A stretch of 64,000 nucleotides of DNA from a virus (Duplodnaviria; Caudoviricetes), in the IMG/VR virus record IMGVR_UViG_3300014773_000009, positions 30,868 through 94,867 of that record, one strand, 5' to 3'. Below the pieces are notes generated by a model, which did no database searches, was not told the origin of the DNA, and saw nothing but the letters and a program-made list of their open reading frames with translations. This document shows, piece after piece, positions 18,015 to 26,494 of the stretch. Each line of letters begins with the position of its first letter. Within the stretch, counting starts at the first letter, position 1. Position numbers and translations under genes: made by a program.

Positions 18015-18610
18015 GTCGCTGCCTCCGACTGCGAGAGCGTGCACAGCGCCGGGCCGGCACCGATCAGGCGCCGCCGCTCGGACTCACCAACGATGTCTCG
18101 TACCTCGTACACGCGACCGTGGCGCAGCCGGTAACACCGCTGGCCAGCCAAGACAACGAAGCCCAGGACGCGTGGCATGCCGAGCCCTGTGATCTCGGCG
18201 ACCCACGGCCGGTCATCGGTGTCGTCCACACGGAGCACGGTTACTGGTCCGTCGTGACGCTCGGCCAACGCCAGCGCTTCAAGCGGCTCAAGCTTGATGT
18301 ACTTTCCGAGCTCGACTCGAAGGAACTCGCGCGCCACGTGGCGCTTGGAAGAGCTGCCGCGCAATCGGCTCACCTCGTACAGGTTGCCCTCGCGCAGCGG
18401 GAAGGTAGCCACCACGCCGTAGAGGTTGCCGCTCCACGCCTTCTTGGCGTGCTCCCAGTCGTTCAGCTTCTGCACGAAGTGACGAGCCAGCCCGTACTTC
18501 GGATCGGTCCCGTCGATGCGCGCCACCCACGGTCTCGGCACATCGGAAGAGCCATGGAAGTGCCCGTCGACCTCGATGCTCAGCATCTTGATGCGGCCGG
18601 GCGATGCCAT
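17996..18610 (-). CDS. Hypothetical protein with duplicated RPWVA domain
   Basis: RPWVARIDG...YEV and RPWVAEITG...YEV repeats. Confidence 0.6.
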   Translation of the reverse strand: MASPGRIKMLSIEVDGHFHGSSDVPRPWVARIDGTDPKYGLARHFVQKLNDWEHAKKAWSGNLYGVVATFPLREGNLYEVSRLRGSSSKRHVAREFLRVELGKYIKLEPLEALALAERHDGPVTVLRVDDTDDRPWVAEITGLGMPRVLGFVVLAGQRCYRLRHGRVYEVRDIVGESERRRLIGAGPALCTLSQSEAATWLAAQ

Positions 18611-19236
18611 CAGTGCGGCGCTCCCGTCTCCCAGCATGACCCCTGACCACGGGTCACGCGCTCGCCGCACTCCTCGCACTCGTAGGAGCGACCGCTCGGG
18701 ATGCCGTCGTCGTTGCCGTCCGCTCGAGCCTGCTTGGCCTCCTCGGCGAAGCGCTTCAGCTTGCCGATCGTGGTCGGGCGCCCGTAGGACTTGACGACCT
18801 GAACCTCATCGCGAGCCGCCCAGAACGACTTGGAGCCGTCCCGGAAGGAGATGAGCACCTTCTGGTGGTCGCGAGTCGAGACGGCTTCCACCGTGTCGTC
18901 CCAGCGCGTGCGACCACGCACGAGGCGGCCCAAGGCGTAGTAGGTGCGTCCCTGGTAGGTGACGCGCGCAGCGACGATGGCGCTCTCGCCGGGGGCAGCA
19001 CGGTCGGCACCACGGTCGGAGTCGGGGGCCGGCGTCGTAGGCGGCGCGTCGTTGGCCGGTTGGCCGCAGGTGCCCTGGACGAGCTCGACCGCCGTCTCGA
19101 GCTTGCCTGTCCACCAGGCCTTGGCATCGCTGTCCCACTTGCAGCCAGCCGCGCGCAGGCGGTCCTTGATGGGGAAGGTGTTCCCGCGGATGTAGTGACG
19201 GCGCCCCTGGGTCTCGACGGTGATCGCGTTGTTCAT
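18610..19236 (-). CDS. Hypothetical protein (DUF5710-like N-terminus, C-terminal zinc ribbon)
   Basis: GNTFPIKDRLRAAGCKWDSDAKAWW; CEECG...CWETG. Confidence 0.65.
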   Translation of the reverse strand: MNNAITVETQGRRHYIRGNTFPIKDRLRAAGCKWDSDAKAWWTGKLETAVELVQGTCGQPANDAPPTTPAPDSDRGADRAAPGESAIVAARVTYQGRTYYALGRLVRGRTRWDDTVEAVSTRDHQKVLISFRDGSKSFWAARDEVQVVKSYGRPTTIGKLKRFAEEAKQARADGNDDGIPSGRSYECEECGERVTRGQGSCWETGAPH

Positions 19237-19244
19237 GGTCTACC

Positions 19245-19272
19245 AGTATGCGCGCAGATATCTGCGCGTCAA
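19245..19272 (-). promoter_or_regulatory. Promoter with perfect 18-bp palindromic operator
   Basis: TTGACG-N16-CATACT; palindrome CGCGCAGATATCTGCGCG at 19251-19268. Confidence 0.7.
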
Positions 19273-19290
19273 GGTGCCGGGGTGCCGAAT

Positions 19291-20316
19291 TCAGAAAATC
19301 CCCCTGGGGATGGCTGGGAACAGGTCCTCCGTCTTGGTGGCCAGCGACCGGCCACGGCGCATGTAGCGCTGGGTGGTCATGATCTGCGCGTGGCCCACCC
19401 TCTCCATGATGTCGCCGATGGGGTCTCCACGCATCGCCCACCACGTGATGCCGGTGGCACGCAAGTCGTGGAAGTTGATGGGCCGCCGCTGGTCGTCGTT
19501 GGCGAAGAGTTCGGCGCGGTCGCATCCGGCGCGCGCCAGGTCCCGCCGGAGCGTCACTGCGGCATCGCCTCGGCCCCATGTGACCACTTGCTCATGGGCC
19601 TTCTGCCGCCCACGGATTGCTCGCAGAAGCTCCAGCACGGTCGGCTCCACGATGAACCGTCGGTCGCATCCTGTCTTGGTGGGACCCACCGCTCCTGTTT
19701 CTGCGCTCGTTGACCGGTACACGTGGATCCGCCCGGAGCGCAGGTCGATGTCGCTCCAGGTCAGCGCAGCGAGTTCGCCAGCCCGTGGCGCAATGTAGAC
19801 CGCGAGCGCGTACGCCCGACGCCGGGCTACCGGCAGTGCGCTGCATCGGAGCAGACGAACGACCTCGTCGGGGTAGAGGAACGTGGCGGCGCGGTCGTGC
19901 CCTTGGTCGGGACCGCGCACTCCAGAAGTGATGTCGTCGTCGCGCACCCGAAGCTCGCGACGTTTGGACCGGCTCAAGTCGCGCAGCATCGCGCGCATGA
20001 AGATCCATCGTCGGCGAGCTGTCCCCCACCGGATGGCATCCTGAGCGACCAGGTCGTCTATGCTCTCGACCCACGACGCGACGTCGTCGCGGGTCATCGT
20101 GTGCACATCGAGCCGACCAAGCGCGGGAGATACGAAGCGCTGGTACATGGTCCACTCGCGCTCACGCCCGAGCGAGCGACGGTGCTCAAACCAGCGGGTG
20201 ACCCAGTCGTCCAGCAGCTCGGTCGCGCGACGTTGGTGTCCGCCGGTCATGCGCTCGAGCCGGTCGGCGATCGCCCGCAGCTGCGCGACGACGGCCAACA
20301 GCTCGGTCACGTCCAC
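19291..20316 (-). CDS. Tyrosine recombinase (second copy, no arm-binding domain)
   Basis: APRAGE (R), TKT (K), HDLR, GH, QRY. Confidence 0.9.
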   Translation of the reverse strand: MDVTELLAVVAQLRAIADRLERMTGGHQRRATELLDDWVTRWFEHRRSLGREREWTMYQRFVSPALGRLDVHTMTRDDVASWVESIDDLVAQDAIRWGTARRRWIFMRAMLRDLSRSKRRELRVRDDDITSGVRGPDQGHDRAATFLYPDEVVRLLRCSALPVARRRAYALAVYIAPRAGELAALTWSDIDLRSGRIHVYRSTSAETGAVGPTKTGCDRRFIVEPTVLELLRAIRGRQKAHEQVVTWGRGDAAVTLRRDLARAGCDRAELFANDDQRRPINFHDLRATGITWWAMRGDPIGDIMERVGHAQIMTTQRYMRRGRSLATKTEDLFPAIPRGIF

Positions 20317-20837
20317 TCCATCGGCTTCGTGTCGCCGCGCAGGTACAGCGGGTGGCGAGGCTGGCCACGCTGGGTCAGCCCGAGATGGTAGAGCCTGCGG
20401 CCGGAGCCTCGCAGCGTCTCGCGCACGAATGCGTCACGGTCGCGCAATGCTCCGTGCGAGCCCCACGCGCAGACGATGATGTCGGCGGTCGTCGACGCGC
20501 TCACGATACGCCCGATGTTCTGCGGGTCGCCCTCAGCCTGCGCGTCGCTGTACAGCGCGCGCGGGTCCGTCGAGCGCAGCGAGAACAGGTTTCGGATCTC
20601 GAGCGCGGTGCAGTGCCACGCCTTGGCGAACCCAATGCAGCGGCGGATCGTGGGGTCGTTGTTTTCGTGGTCCGCTGTCGAAGGGTTGAGCATCACGAAG
20701 AGCGCCGTCTTCGGCTCGGGCCTCGAAAACATGCCGTGGTCGATCACGCGCGAGAGCTCGTAGCGATGGCGCAGGTCTTGGCTGAAGACAGCGCCACCGA
20801 ATCCGGCGAGGTACACGGGGAGCACGATGTCACCCAC
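20307..20837 (-). CDS. DUF1643 family protein
   Basis: FVMLNPSTAD..NDPTIRRC, NLFSLRSTDP, AWG, PRHPLY. Confidence 0.9.
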   Translation of the reverse strand: MGDIVLPVYLAGFGGAVFSQDLRHRYELSRVIDHGMFSRPEPKTALFVMLNPSTADHENNDPTIRRCIGFAKAWHCTALEIRNLFSLRSTDPRALYSDAQAEGDPQNIGRIVSASTTADIIVCAWGSHGALRDRDAFVRETLRGSGRRLYHLGLTQRGQPRHPLYLRGDTKPMEWT

Positions 20838-21036
20838 AGTCCGGCTCCTTCCGCGCGCACTCGCTGCACACCACGAACGCGCCGCATGCTGTGCCATCGT
20901 CGAGCGTCAGGTCGTGCTCGATCGAACACATGTCTCTGCACGGTTCGGCCTCGTGGCACTGTGGGCAGCGGTGTACGTGGTCGCCAATCGCGAGTGGTCG
21001 CGGCGACTGCATGTAGATCGTAAACGTCTCACCCAC
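20830..21036 (-). CDS. Small Cys-rich protein
   Basis: CPQC...CSEC; flanked by the 19-bp repeats. Confidence 0.6.
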   Translation of the reverse strand: MGETFTIYMQSPRPLAIGDHVHRCPQCHEAEPCRDMCSIEHDLTLDDGTACGAFVVCSECARKEPDCG

Positions 21037-21047
21037 AGTCCGGCTCC
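20830..21047. repeat. 19-bp direct repeat at two consecutive gene junctions
   Basis: TCACCCACAGTCCGGCTCC at 20830-20848 and 21029-21047. Confidence 0.9.
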
Positions 21048-21235
21048 GCGTCGCTGCCGCTGGCTCGGTCGATGCCAGTCGCTGCTCGCGACAGCGAATC
21101 GACGTGAACACACGGAGCAGAACCGCCACACGGGAGGTGCCACGCTCGCTCGCGACCAAGCAGCGCGCCGCAGCCGGTGCAGACCCACGGCATTCGTGGT
21201 CGCCTCTTGTTGCCAGCGAATCGATTCGCCTTCAC
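21029..21235 (-). CDS. Small Cys-rich protein
   Basis: CTGC; coupled start and stop. Confidence 0.5.
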   Translation of the reverse strand: MKANRFAGNKRRPRMPWVCTGCGALLGRERAWHLPCGGSAPCVHVDSLSRAATGIDRASGSDAEPDCG

Positions 21236-22026
21236 CCCTCACCTCCTGCCGCCAGCGCGAACTTTCTGTACGGCTCACCTGCCGGCATGTGTCGTCGTAG
21301 GCGTCGATCGAGTGCCCACGCGTACCGGAGGTTCCCCGGGTGTCGAGCGGTGCGCGTGAGCCGTGGCAGCCACGTCGCGACCCACTCTCTCCCGCGCGTC
21401 GGGTCGAGCAGCGGCTCCGCCCCGTGCGCCACCAGCATGCGCATCGAGTACCGCCAACCGCGATCACCAGACCGGATCTTCTGGATGGCGCGCGCGCTCA
21501 AGACGTGCCCGTCAGGCAGCAGGCGCACGGTGCGCGGGTTTGCCTGACCCAGGAACACGCCGTTGTGCGCCTGGTAGATGGTCCCGATGTGGCCTGCGAA
21601 CACCAGCGATCCGGAGGCGCTCCTGCGCGGCATCGGATCCGAGAAGCTCAGGACCATGTCTGCGTCGTGGCGGAGCAGGTCCCAGCACCGCGCCAGCGTC
21701 CACGTTTCGGCGTTGGCCGGAACACGATCCAGCAGCACGAACCGAGACAACTCGATGGGCGTGCCAGGCAGGCGCGCGGCTTGGACTGCGGCGGGAAACG
21801 GGTCCGAGAACACCGCGACGCCGACGAGCTCGCCACGGTCGAATAGGCCGAACCGGAAGCGAGCCGCTGGGTAGCTGGCCGCGTAGTGATGCCTCTCGAC
21901 GAACGCCTTCACCGTCGCGTCTTGTTCGATGGGTGCCACGTCGAGCGTGGCGGTGGAGACGACCTCGCCCGCCGGTCGGTAGTGATCGCGCCGATCGCGC
22001 CAGCGCTGGCACACGGCGGTCAGCAT
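21232..22026 (-). CDS. Mom-like (GNAT-fold) DNA modification protein
   Basis: FVERHHY, LVGVAVF, ELSRFVL, NAET, SFSDP, GHIGTIYQAHN. Confidence 0.8.
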   Translation of the reverse strand: MLTAVCQRWRDRRDHYRPAGEVVSTATLDVAPIEQDATVKAFVERHHYAASYPAARFRFGLFDRGELVGVAVFSDPFPAAVQAARLPGTPIELSRFVLLDRVPANAETWTLARCWDLLRHDADMVLSFSDPMPRRSASGSLVFAGHIGTIYQAHNGVFLGQANPRTVRLLPDGHVLSARAIQKIRSGDRGWRYSMRMLVAHGAEPLLDPTRGREWVATWLPRLTRTARHPGNLRYAWALDRRLRRHMPAGEPYRKFALAAGGEG

Positions 22027-23414
22027 GACTCCACCGCCAACTCGTTCATGTCCCAGAGGTCAGAGAGGTGGTCGACGTCCGCGCGCATCCTGGCGACGTC
22101 GAAGCCACCTTTGGCGAGACCAGGTCGCCGCTGCTCCTGTTCACCCGCGGTGCAGTCAGCGCCGAATCGCGAGCAGTTACGGCCACCAGCTGGTGGGCTG
22201 TTAATCACCGGGTCGCTGGTTCGAGTCCAGCAGCTGGAGCCAAAAATCACGCAGAACTCGCTGCGTGGCGTGGGCACCAAGACCCCAAAATCCTGCGGTG
22301 AGTTCTCCCGCTTTCGAGGCTCCTGATACACCGGCGCTACAGCGCGCAGCATGCGCGCTGCGAGTTCTTCGCGGCTGAACCGTCCGTAGGTGGTCTCCAC
22401 CATCCGCGTGTCCACGTGGCCCATGCTGGGCCCGATGAGCTCCACCGGCATGCCCGCGGCGCGCATCCAGTGGGAGTAGGTTCTGCGGAGGTCGTTGGCT
22501 GAGCATGGCTCGATGCTGGCGCGGCCGCACGCGTCGCGCAGGTCGCGCACGTTCTTCACCCACGGGCGAAACAGGCGACCGGCATCCTTGTTCGCGGCGC
22601 CGGCGAGCGCGTGCTTGAGCAGTTCGCGCTGCCACGTCGTCACGATGGGAACCCAGCGCTCGCTCGCGTCGGTCTTGGTGCCGCGCACGCGAACGAAGCC
22701 AGCGTCGAGGTCGATGTCCACGCGCTCTGCCCGGTCGCTCTCCCCAAGGCGTGCGGAAGTGGCCACGATGAACGCCACCCGAGCGGCGCGATCTGCGGCG
22801 ACCATGTTGTGCCACGGCCATTTCGCTCCACGGTCGCGCCCGAGCTCGACCAACAGCTGGTCGAACTCCTCTCGCACGAGCCACCGCTGACGCGGTTGGT
22901 AGCCGGGCGAGAACCCGATCGGCATGATCTTGGCGAGGTCGCCGTCCCAACGGTCGCGGCGCTTCGCGAGTCGGAGCGTCTTGCGGAGCACGACCAGCTC
23001 TTTGCTGATGGTGTTGGCGGTCACGCCCTCGTCGCGGCGCAGCGCGATGTACCCGTCCACATGCCGCGCAGCCAGGTCGCTCGCGAGCGTGGGGAGCACG
23101 AGCTCGCCTTCGGCGTCCTTGGTCTGGAGCGCGCGCACGAGGTGACCGGCACGCGCCGTGTAGAAGTCGACGGTCGCGGTGGACAGCTTGCCCTCCTTCG
23201 CCTGCGCCCAGCACTCCGCGATCATGTCGTCGAGCGCGGACTCGAGCGTGGTCGTGCTGGTCGTGTGATTGGGATCAGCCGACTCCCGCTCGAGACGTCG
23301 TGCGACCTGCTCAGCCGCCGCGCGGTCGTGGCACTTGGTGGATCGCGTCTGCCGTTCGCCGGCGCGATCGTAGAACTGCGCGTACCAGACCCTGCCTCGC
23401 TTGAAGACCCGCAC
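22020..23414 (-). CDS. int: Phage integrase (tyrosine recombinase) whose 3' end spans attP
   Basis: Arm-binding-like N-terminus (VFKRGRVWY...RSTK); ARLGE, GTKT, NDLRR, MGH, TTY; GGAGGT RBS. Confidence 0.9.
   Translation of the reverse strand: MRVFKRGRVWYAQFYDRAGERQTRSTKCHDRAAAEQVARRLERESADPNHTTSTTTLESALDDMIAECWAQAKEGKLSTATVDFYTARAGHLVRALQTKDAEGELVLPTLASDLAARHVDGYIALRRDEGVTANTISKELVVLRKTLRLAKRRDRWDGDLAKIMPIGFSPGYQPRQRWLVREEFDQLLVELGRDRGAKWPWHNMVAADRAARVAFIVATSARLGESDRAERVDIDLDAGFVRVRGTKTDASERWVPIVTTWQRELLKHALAGAANKDAGRLFRPWVKNVRDLRDACGRASIEPCSANDLRRTYSHWMRAAGMPVELIGPSMGHVDTRMVETTYGRFSREELAARMLRAVAPVYQEPRKRENSPQDFGVLVPTPRSEFCVIFGSSCWTRTSDPVINSPPAGGRNCSRFGADCTAGEQEQRRPGLAKGGFDVARMRADVDHLSDLWDMNELAVESC
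22198..22242 (+). mobile_element. attP core: 3' half of tRNA-Asn(GTT)
   Basis: CTGTTAA-TCACC-GGGTC-GCTGG-TTCGAGT-CCAGC-AGCTGGA-G-CCA: anticodon loop, T-arm, acceptor strand, G discriminator and CCA; no D-arm upstream. Confidence 0.88.
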
Positions 23415-23581
23415 CGCATCACCTCCGCCACGTACTGCTCCCAAACCGACCGCGGGACTCGCAGGATGCCACGAGCTCCGCGCTTGCGCTGCACCGCTCT
23501 TCGCATGTGCGCATACGCCGTCGACTCCACCACGTCGAGCGACGCCATCACCTCCTGCACGGTGACGAACTCGGCGCTCAT
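23222..23581 (-). CDS. Excisionase-like HTH protein
   Basis: VTVQEVMASLDVVESTAY...ILRVPRSVW; overlaps the int start. Confidence 0.65.
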   Translation of the reverse strand: MSAEFVTVQEVMASLDVVESTAYAHMRRAVQRKRGARGILRVPRSVWEQYVAEVMRCGSSSEAGSGTRSSTIAPANGRRDPPSATTARRLSRSHDVSSGSRLIPITRPARPRSSPRSTT

Positions 23582-24699
23582 GGCATCTCCTGCATCTCGC
23601 GCGCCACGCGCGAGAGGTAGCCGCATCCATCGATGTGCGGACCAGGATCCTCAACGTCGGTCATGCATGGGCACACTGGCCACGTGTCTCCCGGCATCAT
23701 CCGCGCGCGCAGGCCAGCGGGCCACTCCGACATGTCTCCGCCCTTGCGGTCCTTCAGCGATCGCACGCCTAGCGGTCTCGACCCGAGCTGCTTCACGAAC
23801 GCCGGCACACCTGCTGCGCGGCACTGCTCCACGATGTCGTGGACCCACCGAACGTCGCACGGCCTGGCGCCGGGTCCGCTTTCGCCGCCAACGATGACCC
23901 AGTCGATTCTCGCGACGTCGCGGCACGGTCTGCCCATGTCTGAGTGTCGACCGGTGAGCGCGTCTACCTGGCACATGCTTGTATGTCCGGCGCGGTCGGC
24001 GTCCAGGTGCCTGAGATTGATCTTCTCCAATAGCGGCTCACACGACAAGAACCGCACGGTTGCAGGTGTTTGGAGCAGATGCGGAATGCGCTCGTCTGCG
24101 CGCTGCTGGTCTTCAACGCTCACGCCCAGGTGGACGTTGCGCAGCGGCCATTGCTGGAAAACAAGGTATCCATGCTTGTCGAGGTCGTTGAGCAGCCTAC
24201 GGCTCTGGTGCGTTCCTGGAGGCAATGCTCCAGCCTGCTCGGCGCACAGCTCGCAGCGAGAGATCGTGCCTGCGGCTAACGGCTCCGCGGTGAACGAGTC
24301 GACCCACATGAACCAGCGTCGCATCCGCTCTGTGCGCTTGGTGAGGACTTGGAACGTGTGCTGCGGCGCCGCTGCCATCACTCCGAAGACGGCAGCGATC
24401 TGCTCGTTGGTGTTCTGCTCGAAGAACAGATCGCCCATGTCGCAGACGAAGATGCGCGATGGGCTGCGCAGTCGAAGCGGCATCGTGAGGTCCTTGCCCC
24501 ACAGCCGAGACTCGCCAGTCCACCGCGGGCCGCCCTGCCTCTCCGACCACTGTGCGAGCCCGGCGTACTTGGGCAGGTGTCGCAATCGCGTGGCCGTAAG
24601 CCGCTCGGCGTAGCAGTTCGCACAGCCTGGGCTGGTCCGCAGGCACCCGTTGAGGACGGGCCAGCTGTGGTCGGTCCACTCGATGTTGGTCTTACCCAT
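23578..24699 (-). CDS. DUF5131 (Gp37/Gp68) radical-SAM-like protein
   Basis: TNIEWTD, GC...SPGCANCYA, LTKR, FLSCEPLL, WVIVGGESG, FVKQLG. Confidence 0.92.
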   Translation of the reverse strand: MGKTNIEWTDHSWPVLNGCLRTSPGCANCYAERLTATRLRHLPKYAGLAQWSERQGGPRWTGESRLWGKDLTMPLRLRSPSRIFVCDMGDLFFEQNTNEQIAAVFGVMAAAPQHTFQVLTKRTERMRRWFMWVDSFTAEPLAAGTISRCELCAEQAGALPPGTHQSRRLLNDLDKHGYLVFQQWPLRNVHLGVSVEDQQRADERIPHLLQTPATVRFLSCEPLLEKINLRHLDADRAGHTSMCQVDALTGRHSDMGRPCRDVARIDWVIVGGESGPGARPCDVRWVHDIVEQCRAAGVPAFVKQLGSRPLGVRSLKDRKGGDMSEWPAGLRARMMPGDTWPVCPCMTDVEDPGPHIDGCGYLSRVAREMQEMP

Positions 24700-25096
24700 C
24701 GTCTCGCTCCAAGCAATTCCACTGCCCGCTCTTCGCGCGGACATAGTCGCGCCACGAACCGCCGAACTCGCGGCGACACTCGGCGAGTTCGGCCATCGTC
24801 GGATGGCCGCGCATGATCGGCGAGTCGCCGGCCTCGTGCAGGCGGACCCGCTTGGTGATTTGGAAGCGTAGGTGACCCGGAGCCGACGGACACACCGCTC
24901 CACGCCAGCAGCGTTTGTGACACTCGACCACAAAGCGCGTCAGTAGCGAGTCGTCGAACGTGCTCGCGCCAGGTCGTCCAACGTAGATCGAGACGCTGAA
25001 GACGCGGCCACCGTCGTGGCGGATGTCGCGGTCGCGCATGTGGCGCTGGAGCGCGGCCTCGAACAGCGCTCGGGCCTGGGCGGCTAGGTCGCTCAT
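24692..25096 (-). CDS. Hypothetical protein
   Basis: Coupled ORF in the leftward operon. Confidence 0.5.
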   Translation of the reverse strand: MSDLAAQARALFEAALQRHMRDRDIRHDGGRVFSVSIYVGRPGASTFDDSLLTRFVVECHKRCWRGAVCPSAPGHLRFQITKRVRLHEAGDSPIMRGHPTMAELAECRREFGGSWRDYVRAKSGQWNCLERDDG

Positions 25097-25371
25097 CGCC
25101 ACCGCTCCAGCAAGAACGCCACTGCCGCCTCCGGATCCTCGAACCGAACGGCTCCCATCTGGATCTCGCTCAGCTCCAGCGCGGACAAGCCAGCGCGTTT
25201 GGCGGCCTCGCGCAGTCCAATACCAGCAGAGACCCGCATCGACCGAATCTCGTTGCCGAGCGTCTCGGTGGCGTGCGAGTACATCTCGAGCTTGACCACG
25301 CCGAGTCCAATGGCATGCGCGTCGCGCGTCCCGATGGGCTCGAGCTTAGTTCTCTTGAGCGGATCGGTCAT
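25093..25371 (-). CDS. XRE-type HTH protein
   Basis: IRSMRVSAGIGLREAAKRAGLSALELSEIQMG. Confidence 0.7.
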   Translation of the reverse strand: MTDPLKRTKLEPIGTRDAHAIGLGVVKLEMYSHATETLGNEIRSMRVSAGIGLREAAKRAGLSALELSEIQMGAVRFEDPEAAVAFLLERWR

Positions 25372-25443
25372 GGTCTTGCTCCTGCGCGCAGCAGACCCAT
25401 CTCGACCATGGGCGCGACGCACATTGGGTGATGGAGAGGGCTC

Positions 25444-25689
25444 TCATCGCTTGGTCTTCCGACGCGGTGCCATCCTGGCTGGGCGAATTCCTACGACTTC
25501 GAATGTGCGACCGGAGGCGCACATGGTGAGAAACAGCGTGGCTCCGTCGCCATGGAAGTGAGCGTCGACGTGCACGCTCAGCTGCACGTTGGTGGCCTTT
25601 GCGTGGCGCATCGCGCGCAGCACGATAGCCAGCGCAGCCATCTCGCCGCTCGTCGCGCCATTGACGAGCGCCTCGTCTCGCTTGCTCAT
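25444..25689 (-). CDS. Hypothetical protein
   Basis: Coupled ORF (MSKRDEAL...). Confidence 0.45.
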   Translation of the reverse strand: MSKRDEALVNGATSGEMAALAIVLRAMRHAKATNVQLSVHVDAHFHGDGATLFLTMCASGRTFEVVGIRPARMAPRRKTKR

Positions 25690-26114
25690 GCTGGCTCCAA
25701 AATCGCAGCGGCGCACACGATCTCGCCGCAGTAGGTCACGCCCAGCTTGGGCAGGATGTCCCTGCCAAGCACCGTGCGGTGGCAGCGCTCCGGGTCGGTG
25801 CAGAAGCACAACAGCACGACGCGCGGAAGTCCCAACAGCGCATCCCACGCCGGCCGGCGCTCGCGATAGCTGAGCCGCATCTCCTCCGTGTACGCGGCCA
25901 CGTAGCGCTCCCAGTCGCCGTCGGTGAGCCGGTTGAACTTGCGCTTGCTCAGGTACGGGTAGAGCAGCTCGGGCGACGGCGCGAAGAACAAGCCGATGCC
26001 GCGATGGCCACCGACCTCGCCCTTGTTTGCGCGCCGCACGTTGCCCTGCAGCGAGACGTCCAGGTGGTCGTCGTCGCGGATGCCAAGGCGGGCGGTGAAG
26101 ACGTGGACGGTCAC
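25686..26114 (-). CDS. DUF488-like protein
   Basis: FAPSPELL...Y...YTEEM...VLLCFC...CHR. Confidence 0.75.
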   Translation of the reverse strand: MTVHVFTARLGIRDDDHLDVSLQGNVRRANKGEVGGHRGIGLFFAPSPELLYPYLSKRKFNRLTDGDWERYVAAYTEEMRLSYRERRPAWDALLGLPRVVLLCFCTDPERCHRTVLGRDILPKLGVTYCGEIVCAAAILEPA

Positions 26115-26494
26115 GTGCCGCCTCCGATCACCTCGAGGTGCGAGTCGAGCGCAGCTCCAGCTTCCTCCCAGTTGCTGCCGCGGCATGGCTGTCCGCAGAG
26201 GCATGAGAGGACCACGTCGCCTACGAGGTTGTCGTAGCGCCCACCGCGCACACCGTGCTCGACGGTTCGCTGCGCACCCGTCGCCGCCAAGTACAGCTGG
26301 TCGATCGTCTTGCGGCCGACGCCACGAAGGTGGGCGATGTTGCGGCTTGGGTTCTTGCGCCACTCGAAGACGGCGTTCATGGCACGCACGTCGCTCCAGA
26401 GTGCCTGGCGTACGTCGTCGTCGCTGGTCTTCGCGAGCCATGCCTGGATCGTCTCGGCCTGTTCGAGCCGCTGCATGATGCTGGCTGCGCTCAT
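26111..26494 (-). CDS. Hypothetical protein
   Basis: Coupled ORF with HhH-like LRGVGRKT. Confidence 0.5.
   Translation of the reverse strand: MSAASIMQRLEQAETIQAWLAKTSDDDVRQALWSDVRAMNAVFEWRKNPSRNIAHLRGVGRKTIDQLYLAATGAQRTVEHGVRGGRYDNLVGDVVLSCLCGQPCRGSNWEEAGAALDSHLEVIGGGT

Noticed and set aside
22198-22242. Functional tRNA-Asn gene
   Set aside because: D-arm and a proper 5' half are missing; interpreted as attP.
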